In this document: positions 13,001 through 24,382 of the stretch, piece by piece
Position numbering within the stretch: position 1 is the first letter of the stretch
Layout: every line of letters begins with the position of its first letter
Assembly (NCBI GenBank): GCA_040954595.2
Contig: CM082578.2
Span: forward strand, 6,123,519-6,187,518
Source: Balanoglossus misakiensis
Lineage: Eukaryota; Animalia; Hemichordata
Reading direction: 5' to 3'
DNA length: 64,000 nt
Notes under the pieces: model-generated
Told to the model about the DNA's origin: nothing
Databases searched by the model: none
What the model saw: the letters and a program-made list of their open reading frames with translations, nothing else
Translations under genes and position numbers: made by a program

Positions 13001-16000
13001 GTCTGTTGTCAGTCAAACGGCATTAAGATTCGCCACTGATTTGGGGGGTCTTTTATACCCCGCACCGGGGTTTAACTCCAGATGCACGCCCTCTATAGTT
13101 TCGAAGGCTGATTGACTTCTTTTTATCTAAACATTTGGTTTTATTTTAATTCTATTTTTTGTGAGTGCATGTATTACAGTAACCTACCAGTTGTGCATAT
13201 GTTTTTTTAACCATTACAAAGGTGATTAATCAATTAAACTTTTTTTGCGTGTTTATGCAGGCACAATTAAATTTTCCAAAATACATAGAGCCCATTGTGA
13301 AGGGCGAAGCTACGACAGAAAATGCACCAAAATTATGGCGAAATATTGAACCACATCTGAAGAAGGCTTTGCAGACAATCTACCTCAGAGAAATCTCCAG
13401 GTATGGTTACGGTATTATTAAGTTTTTGTCACCAGATTTTCTCAAAGTGGGAAAATGAAAATGCATTTCACCATTAACTAGTATGAGCTCATTCAGAGCA
13501 ATACAGAAGGACTTGTTGATGTGTACATCAGCTGCTGTCAGTGGCAAGATTAAAAAAGTTCACTATTTCAGGTTAAATAGTCAAAGTTGATTGAATCGTG
13601 AGAATTTCTGGCAACCAAACAAGGTACACATTTTGCTCCTGAATTATGCTGTCAAAACTGCCCAACACAAAAGGTTGGTGAAATGTTGATCATGCCACTT
13701 TTTCAAAACTTGATAAACATCTTTTACATTTACAGTGCCCAGTGGGAGAAGTTCCAACAGGAGACAGTGGAAGGCAGCGGTCCAGGTGCAGCCCCAAACA
13801 TGCTGACAGCAAGAGCCAATGTGGAACTGCCGTATTATTCCAAGTATTTGCTGATAGCTGCCTACATAGCCTCCTACAATCCTGCCAAATCGGATAAAAG
13901 GTTCTTTGCAAAGCATCATGGGAAAATAAAAAAGAGCCGTTTCAAGAAGACAGAAAAGGTAATATGTGTGCGATATTCGAGATGTATGAAAACAAAAGTA
14001 TATTGGGGTAAAATGTCATATGAAGGCGCTTATAGGAAGAGAAAACAATGATTGTTTCATGTTCTCATTTAGCCAGATCTGCTTCTGACCTTGATGTACT
14101 ATGTGTATAGATTTATACTTTTGGATACATGTTTTTAAAAGTTTGGCCAACGTGACTCAAACCATTGGGCTGTGTTGATTCTGTTTCTGTTCTTGTCTGT
14201 TCCTGTTGTCTGTGTTGGATAAAGATATGATATATTCTGTGTACAATCTGTATGTTTGCTACTGCTGCATATGAAAATTGCAAAATGACATGCAATCTGC
14301 TGTAAAAGCAATGCAAAGGGCAACTATGGCACTATGTGCAGATACCCCACTGGTGAAGGGAGCCCTCAACCAGAATTCAAGCAGTCCTTATTGCGTATGA
14401 ACATGTCCACATTTTGCAGCTTCTTCAAGTAGGGTCCGATAATAGTGTTGTTTTGTGTCCTGGTCCTTAATGGACAGGAACTCAACTGGAAGGACATGAT
14501 TTAAAGACAATCTTTAAGAAAGTCTTTTTAGCTAAATTGCAGGATGGTCAAAGGCAAATGTGTGGAAAAGAGTGCAAGGTCATTGCGCGAATGGTGGAAG
14601 CACTTTAGTGACGCTTACTTGGCATTTCCTTTGAATTGCTTTCCGTTCTGTAAGCAAGGTCATCACCTACTTCACAGTGTAAGCAGAGATACCAAGCATT
14701 CATTGTTGCAGTGATTTACCATCTCCAATTATTCTATTAAAATTCATGGAATATTTTCCTCTGGCATTTTTACCTACCTGGAAGTTCATGGATGTGCCAT
14801 GTTGTTGTTGTTGTTGTTATGATATTTTAATTAAGGGGCCACGTATTACTGTTTTCAGTCTAAAACATGGCAAAACAGCCATTGTGATGAAAAACATTAA
14901 AAGCTAGAATCACCATTCTGTCTTATCTCATCAGACAGTTTAGGTCTACTTTCAGTTTTCAGTGACCCTTGTAGTTACGGTAGATCCAGTTGTTTCTTGG
15001 CTGCAAAAGTTATGCTGTTTTATAAAAAAAACTTTCCCTAGATCTCACAAAATATTAGCATTCACGTTGTAACTGACATACTGGCATAACCGTTGGTGTC
15101 ATATTAAAATTTGTTTTTCTTATGGGGTTGTGTTTTGTGTATCTTGCCAATATTTTTAAAAGGTAGGTTTTTGTCACAGTCCCTGACCTTGGCTGGGATG
15201 GACTTTTTTTTTTTTTTCCAGTTCGTGTGTTGTAGTGTTGTGTACTGAATTCCACTCAAGTGCACCACCCATCTTGCTTCAAGAATTATGTCTATTGTGC
15301 TGTTTGATGTCTCTGCATTGACAACAAACTGTAAAGGTTTTCACAACTAGCTCATCAGTACTTTAATTTTGTCACACTCCGTCAATCTTATCATGCACTT
15401 CAGGTCAGGGTGAAATAATAAGAATTTCTATTACTGGTAGTTCTGGATCATGTCATGTAAAGATCTGACACCTATGCTCAAATACTAATAAAAATTGGAT
15501 GGCTGTATTGAAACGACGAGATGACTGGAGTTATTTGGTTTCACTGGTTTCCTGACATCAAGTTCTGATGCCATATGGAATTAAAGTACAAATTTGGATT
15601 GATTGCTGCAATTTTTAATAGTATGACATGCTACATTTTTCTTCATTGTATCCACAGATCAGTTACCAGTTGCTGGGGCCAAAACCCTTTCCCTTGGACC
15701 GACTGATGGCAATCTTTTACAGTGTGGTCGATGCCAGAGTTGCTCCTACTGCCAACATCTTTCAACAGGTAAATCAGTTATTCTCAATTTTTTCAAAAAT
15801 GGCATTGCAATAATTGTGAAAATTGAAATTTATAATTCAAGACTATATTGTTGTGTGTGATTTTACTTTCAGATTTCCAGTTTGGTAACTTTGCATTTAT
15901 TAACTCAAGTCGGCCATGATGATCAGTTGGATGGTGCCAAGTACAAATGTACTGTGTCTCTGGATTTCATACGTTCCATCGGAAGGTAAGAAATTAGATT

Positions 16001-18033
16001 CATTCAATGAGGCTGCCCAGTGTTTTTGCTTAGGTTGGGGGACATTGGTAATGAATTTTGAAACCCCGGTAACATTCCTATAACCCCCTAATATAACTAC
16101 ATTGATACACCCAGGGGAACCCAGGTAAAATGACTGGGGAACTCCGGTAGACTTTACTTAGTTACGGCCCTTGACAAAAACACTGAGGTGACAAAAACAC
16201 TGAGGTTCTCCCATTTGAGTAAATTAATTTCTGTCCCTTGTTTTACACCATTTCACATAAAGTGACTTGAGAGCAGGCAAGCTGAAATAAGAAAGTATGT
16301 ACGCTGGTATGACTGTCACATTGCTATTTTGTGCAGCGATTAGTGCAATTGTAAATTGTGTTGTTTTTGATAGGCATCACAATGCTAGCATGTGCCTTTG
16401 CTTGCATCTTGTAACCTCATCTGAATGACTGTAATGTGTTGCCGTCTTTGTACCGAAACAGTGATCCAGCTGCTGAAAAGCAAATGTTCAATTACTCTCG
16501 TTGATTGGATTGCAAATTTGAAAATCTGTGGTTCCCGCGGTAATAGCCAGTGTTGAAATAATGAAACATGACATGTACATGTATACCACCACTGCTACCA
16601 GTAATACTAATTTGTGAAGGAACACAACAAGAGTTTGCTCTGAGATATTATTGGCTTCCTCTGATACCAAGACAAACCTATAGTTTGTACCAAGTCTCTG
16701 TTCACCAGCAACAGCATGCAAGAAAAAATGTATCCACGTCAGAAGAATGTGATGTACTTACTGACTCTGAGGGATTGCTTTGGACAGAAATTTAATCTAT
16801 AATAAAGCTCTTTTTCTTGAATCATAATGTGAATTCAGTACAAGCCACAACTTTGTCGGTTTATACTTGATGCCAAAAAATCTTACAAAGTTGTCGTATA
16901 CTGCATGGTTTTGACAGACTTTTACTCAAAAAATACAAAACATGTGAGACTGCAAGACAGACAAGTTAAGTACCAAAACTCCCACGTTTGTTGAAATGTT
17001 TGACCAGGTCGCGTTGAAAGTTTTATGAGAAAATCACCTTGGATAGCGAGCGTGTGAATTTACTGCTACAGGCCTTGGTGGTCTAACCTGCAGCTCTTTG
17101 ACGGCCGGACAAAAAGAAACTTTGCCTTCATTTGAAAATAGGATTTTACGTTTATTCCTGACCTAAGGGGTGTTTGCTGTGCCGCTGTTGTATAGTGTAC
17201 ACAACCCCATTACAGTGACAACTAGTGTTAGCTGTTTTTCAGTTGACAATTGTGCTGCCGTGGAGGGTCGCCTATTGGGGTCAATCGCCAGGTGTTGAGT
17301 GGATGTAATTGTCTGATCCCTGCACTTCCTGTTGAGTCGTATTCACTTCAAAGTGGGAGAGAAAGAGTCTCACAAAGACATCCTCGGGCCATACAAAACA
17401 TTTTCTGTGCAATGTGCAACGTATGTCGCAGTTAGTAGAGAGTATGCCTTTTTCTGCTGGTAACCAATCAAACTATGAGAACCAGAAAAAAAATTAGAAG
17501 ATTCCATTCTGCTTTGTCTTTGTACTCTAATAAGACCTGAGACAAAATAATGATATTTCTAGGCTTTGTTGTTTATTTTGGTAGGCGACGGTTCCGTTCA
17601 TGGAATCTTGTTAGTCTTCTGGTGCCAGTGGAAATCAGTTTGTAGCAATACCTGGCTGTATAAAACACAGTGTATTCAAGTCAGAATAAAACATAGATTC
17701 TCACCCAGCAGATTTTATGAAAAGTAAAACATGGGTAAGGTCAATTAACAGTGTGCCTTGCAATTCTAAATTATTGATTTCTGTTTCATTCTTTCTTTCT
17801 TTCTTTCATTCATTTATTCATTCATTCATTCATTCATTCATTCATTCATTCTTTCATTCATTCATTCATTCGTTTATGCACGCAGTTACATCTAAGAGGC
17901 AAATATTTTTTCTTTCTTATGTTTCATCCACTATCCAATTTACTGACATTTTTTTTTTTTTCATCTCATGTTATTTTTATTTCATAGAACTGTTAATTTC
18001 GATGTGGTCCGTTACCTGTATGACTTTGCATGA
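9933..18033 (+). CDS. ORC5: Origin recognition complex subunit 5, whole CDS span (10 coding exons, 1368 nt, 455 aa)
   Basis: Exons 9933-10052, 10533-10625, 11081-11284, 11749-11935, 12316-12446, 13261-13400, 13736-13958, 15658-15768, 15873-15985, 17988-18033 join in frame through GT-AG introns. Motifs LPCRESQI, Walker [77 protein letters not shown] are ORC5. Confidence 0.96.
10533..10625 (+). CDS. ORC5: ORC5 coding exon 2 (Walker A)
   Basis: [31 protein letters not shown]; ag/gt flanks. Confidence 0.93.
11081..11284 (+). CDS. ORC5: ORC5 coding exon 3
   Basis: [19 protein letters not shown]...QTVYI|gtaagt. Confidence 0.93.
11328..11554. mobile_element. Foldback MITE with TA TSD in ORC5 intron 3
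   Basis: TA|tggagtgtaattcatgccaaaattagca...tgctaatttcggcatgaagtacactcca|TA; internal ccacttttcgat subrepeats mirrored on the right arm. Confidence 0.8.
11749..11935 (+). CDS. ORC5: ORC5 coding exon 4
   Basis: [25 protein letters not shown]...FPDYSK. Confidence 0.93.
12316..12446 (+). CDS. ORC5: ORC5 coding exon 5
   Basis: [19 protein letters not shown]...[11 protein letters not shown]. Confidence 0.93.
12638..13071. mobile_element. TTAA-flanked non-autonomous TIR element in ORC5 intron 5
   Basis: TTAA|accccggtgcgg ... ccgcaccggggt|TTAA. Confidence 0.7.
13261..13400 (+). CDS. ORC5: ORC5 coding exon 6
   Basis: [16 protein letters not shown]...[22 protein letters not shown]. Confidence 0.93.
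13736..13958 (+). CDS. ORC5: ORC5 coding exon 7
   Basis: AQWEKFQ...[37 protein letters not shown]. Confidence 0.93.
15658..15768 (+). CDS. ORC5: ORC5 coding exon 8
   Basis: [37 protein letters not shown]. Confidence 0.93.
15873..15985 (+). CDS. ORC5: ORC5 coding exon 9
   Basis: [37 protein letters not shown]. Confidence 0.93.
16018..16204. mobile_element. Degenerate short TIR element (hAT-like CAGTG ends)
   Basis: cagtgtttttg at 16018 and caaaaacactg near 16175-16185, with the right end tgacaaaaacactgagg locally duplicated; TSD not clean. Confidence 0.45.
17785..17870 (+). repeat. (TCAT)n/(TCTT)n microsatellite
   Basis: ttcattcattcattc... seen directly. Confidence 0.9.
17988..18033 (+). 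CDS. ORC5: ORC5 coding exon 10 (stop)
   Basis: ttcatag|A ACT GTT AAT TTC: [14 protein letters not shown]. Confidence 0.92.
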
Positions 18034-20112
18034 AGTGATGAGTGCGGATGGATGTGGAATGCTCATAAAACTGAAGGTTGGACCTCAAAGACTCCCCCTT
18101 TAAAGGCCATTTTCTCGATTCCAGGGCAGAACAATGAAGGCAAATAAGAAATCCTTTGTGTTAGCACGCAACTGTTTATTGGAAACAAAAGATTTTACCC
18201 ACTGTTGGAACCTCACTGTTGAGAAGGGCCTTTAGCAATTTCAGTGGATATTCATTCACATTATTGACAAGATTTTTGTCTCACTGCCATGCCATTTTGT
18301 ATTGTTGAAATGTACTTTCCTGAATATTCAATAATATTGCCACAAATTTTCTGTGGTCAGAATCAAATAATTGATGTATTTTGTGCAGATTTGGTTTACG
18401 ACATAAAAGTAAAAACTGGACAGTATCTGTAGTGGTCTTTTTTGCTTCCTTGTGAACTAAATGTGTGTTAAAAGGACACACACTAATATTAACCCTAGTG
18501 CATCAATATTACTGAACCATATCTCAGCCCAAGCTGTATGCAATTAAGTTTTAACAGGTTTCACCATTCTTATACACTGTACTCAAATGTGATATGCCAT
18601 GCCCACATAGTCCTGAATGCAAAGTTCAGAAAAGCCACAAATTTCCAATGTTTTGGTTTGTTCAGTTCGCTAATTTATGCAACTCTTGTCATATGTTCAA
18701 ACAGCAGAATATTCCAATCATTTTTACAGTGCTACACAATCTTGAGTGACAGCTTAACCGATCTTGGTACAGTAGTAGTCCTCAACCGAGCAGTCTCCTA
18801 GTAGGGGAAAGTTCTTCCCTGTAAACTTTCCAGACATCAGAATGTCACCTTTTCATCTAAAATTCTGAAGTCAGTTTAAGTACCGGTGGAATGGTGCATA
18901 ATTCATCTAGCGTAGAAAGGAAGTGTTCTTTGTTGGAAGTGACTGGATGTTTCATGTGACAGCTTAATTATCACCCAGTGAGGATTTAGAATATAGGAAC
19001 CGTAATTGTGTTTAAAATGGACACTTAACTGCTGTATAACATCTTTGCGGCGTCTTTGTCTGTAATTTGGCCCATCTTGCTGTCTCCATCCCCTGTCCTA
19101 TATAAAGTACGCTAAAAATGAAGGTGGGATGATGAAAAATGGTACTCAGAATCATAAAATGACGCACACACTGACAGAAAATTATACACTAGGATTCACT
19201 CCAAACACTGAGAAATTGGGTGTTTGGGAAGGTTCCTGTTTGTAAACATCTTGATGTCAGTAGATGTGAGTTGCATGGGACCAGAAGTTTACACAAAAAT
19301 CTTTTGCAATTCTGTATGAAAGAGTATAGATAACAACCAGTTCCCTGTGTTTCAGCACATCGAGAAAAAAAAACACTTTTAGTTTACCAGTACTTTGCTT
19401 TAAACTTTTCCAACTTCAAAAGAGGTGTGTCCTGAATGTACACACGTACATGTACTGTACTTGTACATGTTTACACTCGTACACCCCCTGGCTGCAGGTC
19501 CTGGAGTCCCAAATACCAATGACTAGTAACTTCAGGTATAGCCCACGTCTTGCTTCAAATATAGACAGCTCTGATGTTGCAGAGAGTGTATGTAAAGGTT
19601 AGTCAACCAGTTCCCACGTCCAAACAAGGGCTATAACAATCCACAGACCTACCCCTCTATCTTATGCACCAGTCTCTATCAGTCTGCTGTGATGGGGCCT
19701 GAGACTAGTTGGCAGTTTTGACATTGTTCAGAAGAGTTGGTCAAACCTCCCAGGGTACAATCAAACTAGAGAACGAGAGATATATCTTCTCACTTCTGTG
19801 TTCATGTTAACTACCAGAATCAGAACAAAATAGCCGTAATATTGTTTGAGATAGTGGATCATGTTTTTAGCACAAAATATGGTTTTTAATTACAATGCAG
19901 GTGTCTGTTCAAACTTTTTAATTTTCCTGTTAATTGCTCAAGGTTCAGATAAATACTTTTTCTCATATTTTCACAGTTTGGATTTAGGATTTTTCAATCC
20001 TGCATTGCTTAGTGATGAAAAATTGGAATTATAACAAGTGACTATATAACGGGCACTTTTCTTGTGTTTATATTCATGTGTGGCCTGTACATGTGTTGAA
20101 GAAAAGTCCTTG

Positions 20113-23100
20113 TTTTTTTTTTTATTTATTTATTTAATTATATCAGAGAAAAAAAGGAATACAAAGCAAGGGAAGTCAAAGACACAAAAACAAAAGGAAG
20201 GTGAGGGCAAAGAGCAAAAACAATTCAAAAACAAGAACAACTATTGTCATAATCGAGAATCTGAAGACATCACAGTGGCAGGATTACTTTCCATTTATCG
20301 TGAAAAAGATGGATTTTTCCATTTTTCTTTGCAATATTTTTTTCTGAGACTACAATACTTTTAACTTTTTCAATGAAAACAGCAAGAGACGGTTTCTCAT
20401 TTAAAAATCGAATTGCATATAAATGGTACTTGGCTACAATTAATAAATGGTTTAATAGTGAGTTTCTGTTTTGAGGAAGGACACCAAAAAGGACATCTCG
20501 ACATGATAGTGTGATTATTTGATTTGTTTTAAACTGGTAGAATTTTTGAAAGGTGGCCCAAAATTTTCTGGCTTCGCTACATTCCCAGAATAAATGCTCT
20601 ATAGTTTCTTGTAAATTACAGTGTTGACAGCTATCACTGTCTTTTATTTTATTATTCATTAAAAAAAGGTTTGTAGCTAGTATGCGGTGATTAATTTTAA
20701 ATTGAAAAACTCGCAATTTAACCTCTTTTGTGGTTTCATATGGCAGTTTCCATATTTTTGTCCAGTTTACGTTTTGCGCATAATTCATTTTAGAGTACTT
20801 TTTTTCTGAAGTTGGTGGGAGAAACTTTTTTTGCTTAAACATCTCGTAGAATTCCTTTGTGGTGCCTGTTCGAATTGGGTTTTTTTCAAGGTATTCTTGT
20901 GTATTTTCATCAGTTGCTAGAATGAAACTTCCATTTCTCAATAATTCTTTCCATTTTCTTGGTATTGATGAGATAACGCCACTATATGTTATAAAATCTA
21001 CATTGACATTAAACTTTTCCTTAAACTCCTGCCAGGGGAGTGGAGCACCAGTGACATCAAAGAAATCGCTTATGTACTTAATACCCTGTTGGAACCATTT
21101 CTTATAGAATATGGTGTTCCCATCGACAGTAACATATTTGTTATTCCATATGAATTGTGACGCGACCTCCTGGGCTGTATGAATTTCCACGTTTTTCAGT
21201 TCCGAAAAATATGTCAAAATATTCGAGTAAAACATTGGGATTTTAAAAGGAATGCGTTTGACGTCATAATTACTGTTTAGTAGAAATCTGAGGCCCCCCA
21301 ATCTTTGAAAGTATAAATTTGGTATTAGCTTCCATGGGGAATCATTTTCTAAAAGTTGCTTCAAATAAGACAATAACGATCGGTTGATTATGTAATATGC
21401 ACCGCAAATTTTGGCCTTTGTTTCAACCTGTCAATCCCATCACTGGTGCGAAGGTGTTAATTTATTTTTCTGTCATTTTCTTTGAGAGCCTTTTTCAACA
21501 CGGTATTCAAATTCAAATTTAATGAAAGTGCCAACCAAATGCTCGATCGAAAATGCAAATTTCTGGATATTATGCATGTGGCGAAACGTCAACCTTCAGT
21601 ATCGGAGTGTAACCCACTCCTCGTTCCGCCCCCTTGCTGTTTTTTTTCCCTTTCTTTTTTGGGCTTCTGCGAGTGATCTTTTTGTTGTTTTTTTGTCTTT
21701 CTTCTTCCTTTTTGCTTTTTCTAGATGTTGCTTTCGTTGTTATCTTTGAATGTTAGAGGGTTAAGGGATAAGAAAAAGAGAAAATCGATTTTTAGATACT
21801 TAAGGAATAAGAAGGCAGATGTGATCTTCTTACAAGAGACCTATAGCAGTGCAGAAATTGAAAATACATGGCGTAATGAGTGGGGTGGGCCAATTTTATT
21901 TTCACATGGTACCCAACATAGCTGTGGCACAGCAATTTTGATAAACCGGAAATCAACTCATATTCAAATAGGTTCAGTTATACGGCACAGTCAGGGGAGG
22001 TACATTATTACTGAAATAACATCAGATGATTTTAAATTTTTACTAGTTAATATTTATGCGCCTAATGATGAAAGAAAACAAATCTCGTTTTTTCCGCTCT
22101 TGACAAGGCTGATACATACCGAATTCCCACATTCAAATATTTGTATGGGAGGCGATTTTAATGTTGTTTTAGAACCAACTATAGATAGGAAAGGGACTTC
22201 AAAAGACCATAAATGTAAAGTAAGAAATGAACTTCATCAATTAATGAACTCCATGCACCTTCTTGACATATTTAGACAGCTTAATCCAGAAGTTTATAGA
22301 TATACTTGGAGAAGACAGGAAAGCTGCTCAAGACTTGATTATTTTTTAGTTTCTACCTGTATAGGGCGGGAAACAAAAAAAGCTGATATAATCGGAAGTA
22401 TAAAAACAGACCACAGTGCTGTAACTGTAAAATTTAATATCCCTAACACAAAGAAAAAAGGCCCGGGATTTTGGAAATTTAACACAAGTCTTTTAGAGGA
22501 TTCAGAATATCTTAATATGATGAAATTACACATTGAAGAAACCATTAAAGAAAATGAAAGATCGCACATGAACGCCCAAGCAGCCTTTGAGTTTCTAAAA
22601 TATAAAATTCGAGAAAAAACGGTGTCTTTTTGTAAAATTAAACAGAGCAAATTAAGAGATGAAGAAAAAGATCTACAAAATAGGCTGGATAAGCTAGAAG
22701 AAGAAATAGACGAATCATTAGATGAACAAGTACTCTCTGAGTACGAAAGAACTAAACAAGAATTAGAAAAAATAACCTTAAACAAAGTAGAGGGGGCAGC
22801 TATAAGATCCCGAGTTAGATGGTACGAACAAGGCGAAAAAAGTAGCAGGTATTTCCTTAACCTTGAAAAAAGAAACTTTAATAAGAAAACTATAAAAAAA
22901 TTACGGTTGGAGGATAGAGAAATACAAGACCCCAAAGAAATACTTACCGAACTTAGACATTTTTACGTGCACTTGTACAGATCAAATAACATTAACACCG
23001 ATAGTCAAGAATGTAATACCTTCTTTAACCCAACAAACATACCTAAATTGTCAAAACTGGAACATGAGCGATGCGAAGGTCCCCTAAAGGAAAAGGAAAT

Positions 23101-24380
23101 ACTAGAATCGCTAAAGTCATCCCCAAAAAACAAATCTCCAGGCAGTGATGGGTTACCACCTGAATTTTACATAGCCTTTTGGGACACGCTTGGTACTAAG
23201 CTTGTGGACAGCCTTAATTATGCCTATGAATCGGGACAACTTTCACAAACCCAGAGACAAGCAGTAATCACTCTCATTCCTAAAACAGGTAAAGACCCCC
23301 ATAACATAGAGAATTGGCGCCCCATTTCCCTTTTAAACTCTGATTACAAAGCAGCAAGTAGGAGTATCGCTACTCGAGTCTCGAAAGTCCTACCTTCAAT
23401 TATTCATCAAGACCAAACAGCCTTCGTCAAGGGCAGAAGTATAATGGAAAATATACGGCTTGTTTCCGATTTAATTGAATACATGGAAAATGAAAAAATA
23501 CCAGGCGCTATACTGTTCATAGATTTTAAGAAAGCGTTTGACAGTTTGGAGTGGAGTTTCATGCACAAGGCACTACAATTATTCGGTTTTGGTCAAAATT
23601 TCTGTAAATGGGTCAAAGTTTTCTATACAAAAGTACAGAGCTGTGTCGTAAACAATGGGTTTTCAACGGGTTGGTTTGAATTAGAACGTGGGATAAGACA
23701 GGGATGCCCCCTGTCGACAGCATTATTCGTAATATCAATTGAGTTGCTGGCAATAGCCGTAAGGAATTCGGAGGATATTGATGGAATTACTCTTACCCCA
23801 AACAACAAAAAGAAAATTTCAGGTTTTGCAGATGACACAACTTTATTCCTAAATGGTATAGCAGACATTAAAACAAGCATTCAATTATTAAAGGAATTTA
23901 CGAATTGTTCAGGGTTAGAAATAAACTACAATAAAACAGAATTACTTTTAGTAGGGCCAACGAAACGTCTGTGGAAATACTCCGGTGATCTTCCGCCACT
24001 TTTGTCCGATAGTAAATCACCAATCAAATTGCTCGGAGTGTACATTGGCCACGACACATTTCAAAATGAGAAACTTAATTGCTGGAATATTTTAAGAAAA
24101 CTTAGAGATAAATTAGACATATGGAAAGGTAGAAATCTGACAATAGAGGGGAGAGTACTTCTTTCAAAATGCTTTGGAATTTCACAATTAGTATATGTTA
24201 TGAAAGCAATTTCTGTTCCTGAAAGTTTTGTAAAAGAAGCAAACTCAATACTTTTCAAATTTCTTTGGAAAAATAAGAAAACTCATATAAAAAATGTTAC
24301 AATTATGGGGGATTTAGATAAAGGGGGACTGAATATGATTGACGTTTTGGAAATGAATAAGGCACTTAAATTGTCTTATT
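20113..24380 (-). mobile_element. L1/Tx1-clade LINE, 5'-truncated with 5' inversion; inserted in minus orientation
   Basis: A/(TAAA)n tail at ~20113-20135 (minus strand); 3' segment 21373->20113; inverted 5' segment 21374-24380 reads sense on plus; TSD agaaaagtccttgttt at 20100-20115 and 24381-24396. Confidence 0.93.
20270..21373 (-). CDS. LINE ORF2 C-terminal part (zf-RVT / CCHC region), no own start
   Basis: LSYLKQLLEN...FQFKINHRILATN...CQHCNLQETIEHLFWEC...FHDKW; continues directly from the plus-strand ORF end KALKLSY. Confidence 0.88.
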   Translation of the reverse strand: MSYLKQLLENDSPWKLIPNLYFQRLGGLRFLLNSNYDVKRIPFKIPMFYSNILTYFSELKNVEIHTAQEVASQFIWNNKYVTVDGNTIFYKKWFQQGIKYISDFFDVTGAPLPWQEFKEKFNVNVDFITYSGVISSIPRKWKELLRNGSFILATDENTQEYLEKNPIRTGTTKEFYEMFKQKKFLPPTSEKKYSKMNYAQNVNWTKIWKLPYETTKEVKLRVFQFKINHRILATNLFLMNNKIKDSDSCQHCNLQETIEHLFWECSEARKFWATFQKFYQFKTNQIITLSCRDVLFGVLPQNRNSLLNHLLIVAKYHLYAIRFLNEKPSLAVFIEKVKSIVVSEKNIAKKNGKIHLFHDKWKVILPL

Positions 24381-24382
24381 AG
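21725..24382 (+). CDS. LINE ORF2 N-terminal part: APE-type endonuclease plus reverse transcriptase (885 aa, truncated by the inversion)
   Basis: EN motifs SLNVRGL, LQET, GGDFN, SRLDYF, TDH; RT motifs KSPGSDG, NWRPISLLN, IDFKKAFD, GIRQGCPLS, FADD; the TAG stop is created by the junction with the TSD. Confidence 0.93.
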   Translation: MLLSLLSLNVRGLRDKKKRKSIFRYLRNKKADVIFLQETYSSAEIENTWRNEWGGPILFSHGTQHSCGTAILINRKSTHIQIGSVIRHSQGRYIITEITSDDFKFLLVNIYAPNDERKQISFFPLLTRLIHTEFPHSNICMGGDFNVVLEPTIDRKGTSKDHKCKVRNELHQLMNSMHLLDIFRQLNPEVYRYTWRRQESCSRLDYFLVSTCIGRETKKADIIGSIKTDHSAVTVKFNIPNTKKKGPGFWKFNTSLLEDSEYLNMMKLHIEETIKENERSHMNAQAAFEFLKYKIREKTVSFCKIKQSKLRDEEKDLQNRLDKLEEEIDESLDEQVLSEYERTKQELEKITLNKVEGAAIRSRVRWYEQGEKSSRYFLNLEKRNFNKKTIKKLRLEDREIQDPKEILTELRHFYVHLYRSNNINTDSQECNTFFNPTNIPKLSKLEHERCEGPLKEKEILESLKSSPKNKSPGSDGLPPEFYIAFWDTLGTKLVDSLNYAYESGQLSQTQRQAVITLIPKTGKDPHNIENWRPISLLNSDYKAASRSIATRVSKVLPSIIHQDQTAFVKGRSIMENIRLVSDLIEYMENEKIPGAILFIDFKKAFDSLEWSFMHKALQLFGFGQNFCKWVKVFYTKVQSCVVNNGFSTGWFELERGIRQGCPLSTALFVISIELLAIAVRNSEDIDGITLTPNNKKKISGFADDTTLFLNGIADIKTSIQLLKEFTNCSGLEINYNKTELLLVGPTKRLWKYSGDLPPLLSDSKSPIKLLGVYIGHDTFQNEKLNCWNILRKLRDKLDIWKGRNLTIEGRVLLSKCFGISQLVYVMKAISVPESFVKEANSILFKFLWKNKKTHIKNVTIMGDLDKGGLNMIDVLEMNKALKLSY

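Noticed and set aside
17717-18103. 128-aa ORF with FIHS repeats
   Set aside because: Microsatellite translation in ORC5 intron 9, overlapping the real last exon in another frame
22339-22935. 198-aa minus-strand ORF
   Set aside because: Antisense shadow of the A-rich LINE ORF2 with low-complexity S/L/F composition
20270-24382. Two separate divergent genes or two independent LINE insertions
   Set aside because: The peptides join exactly at LSY, and a single TSD pair flanks both pieces
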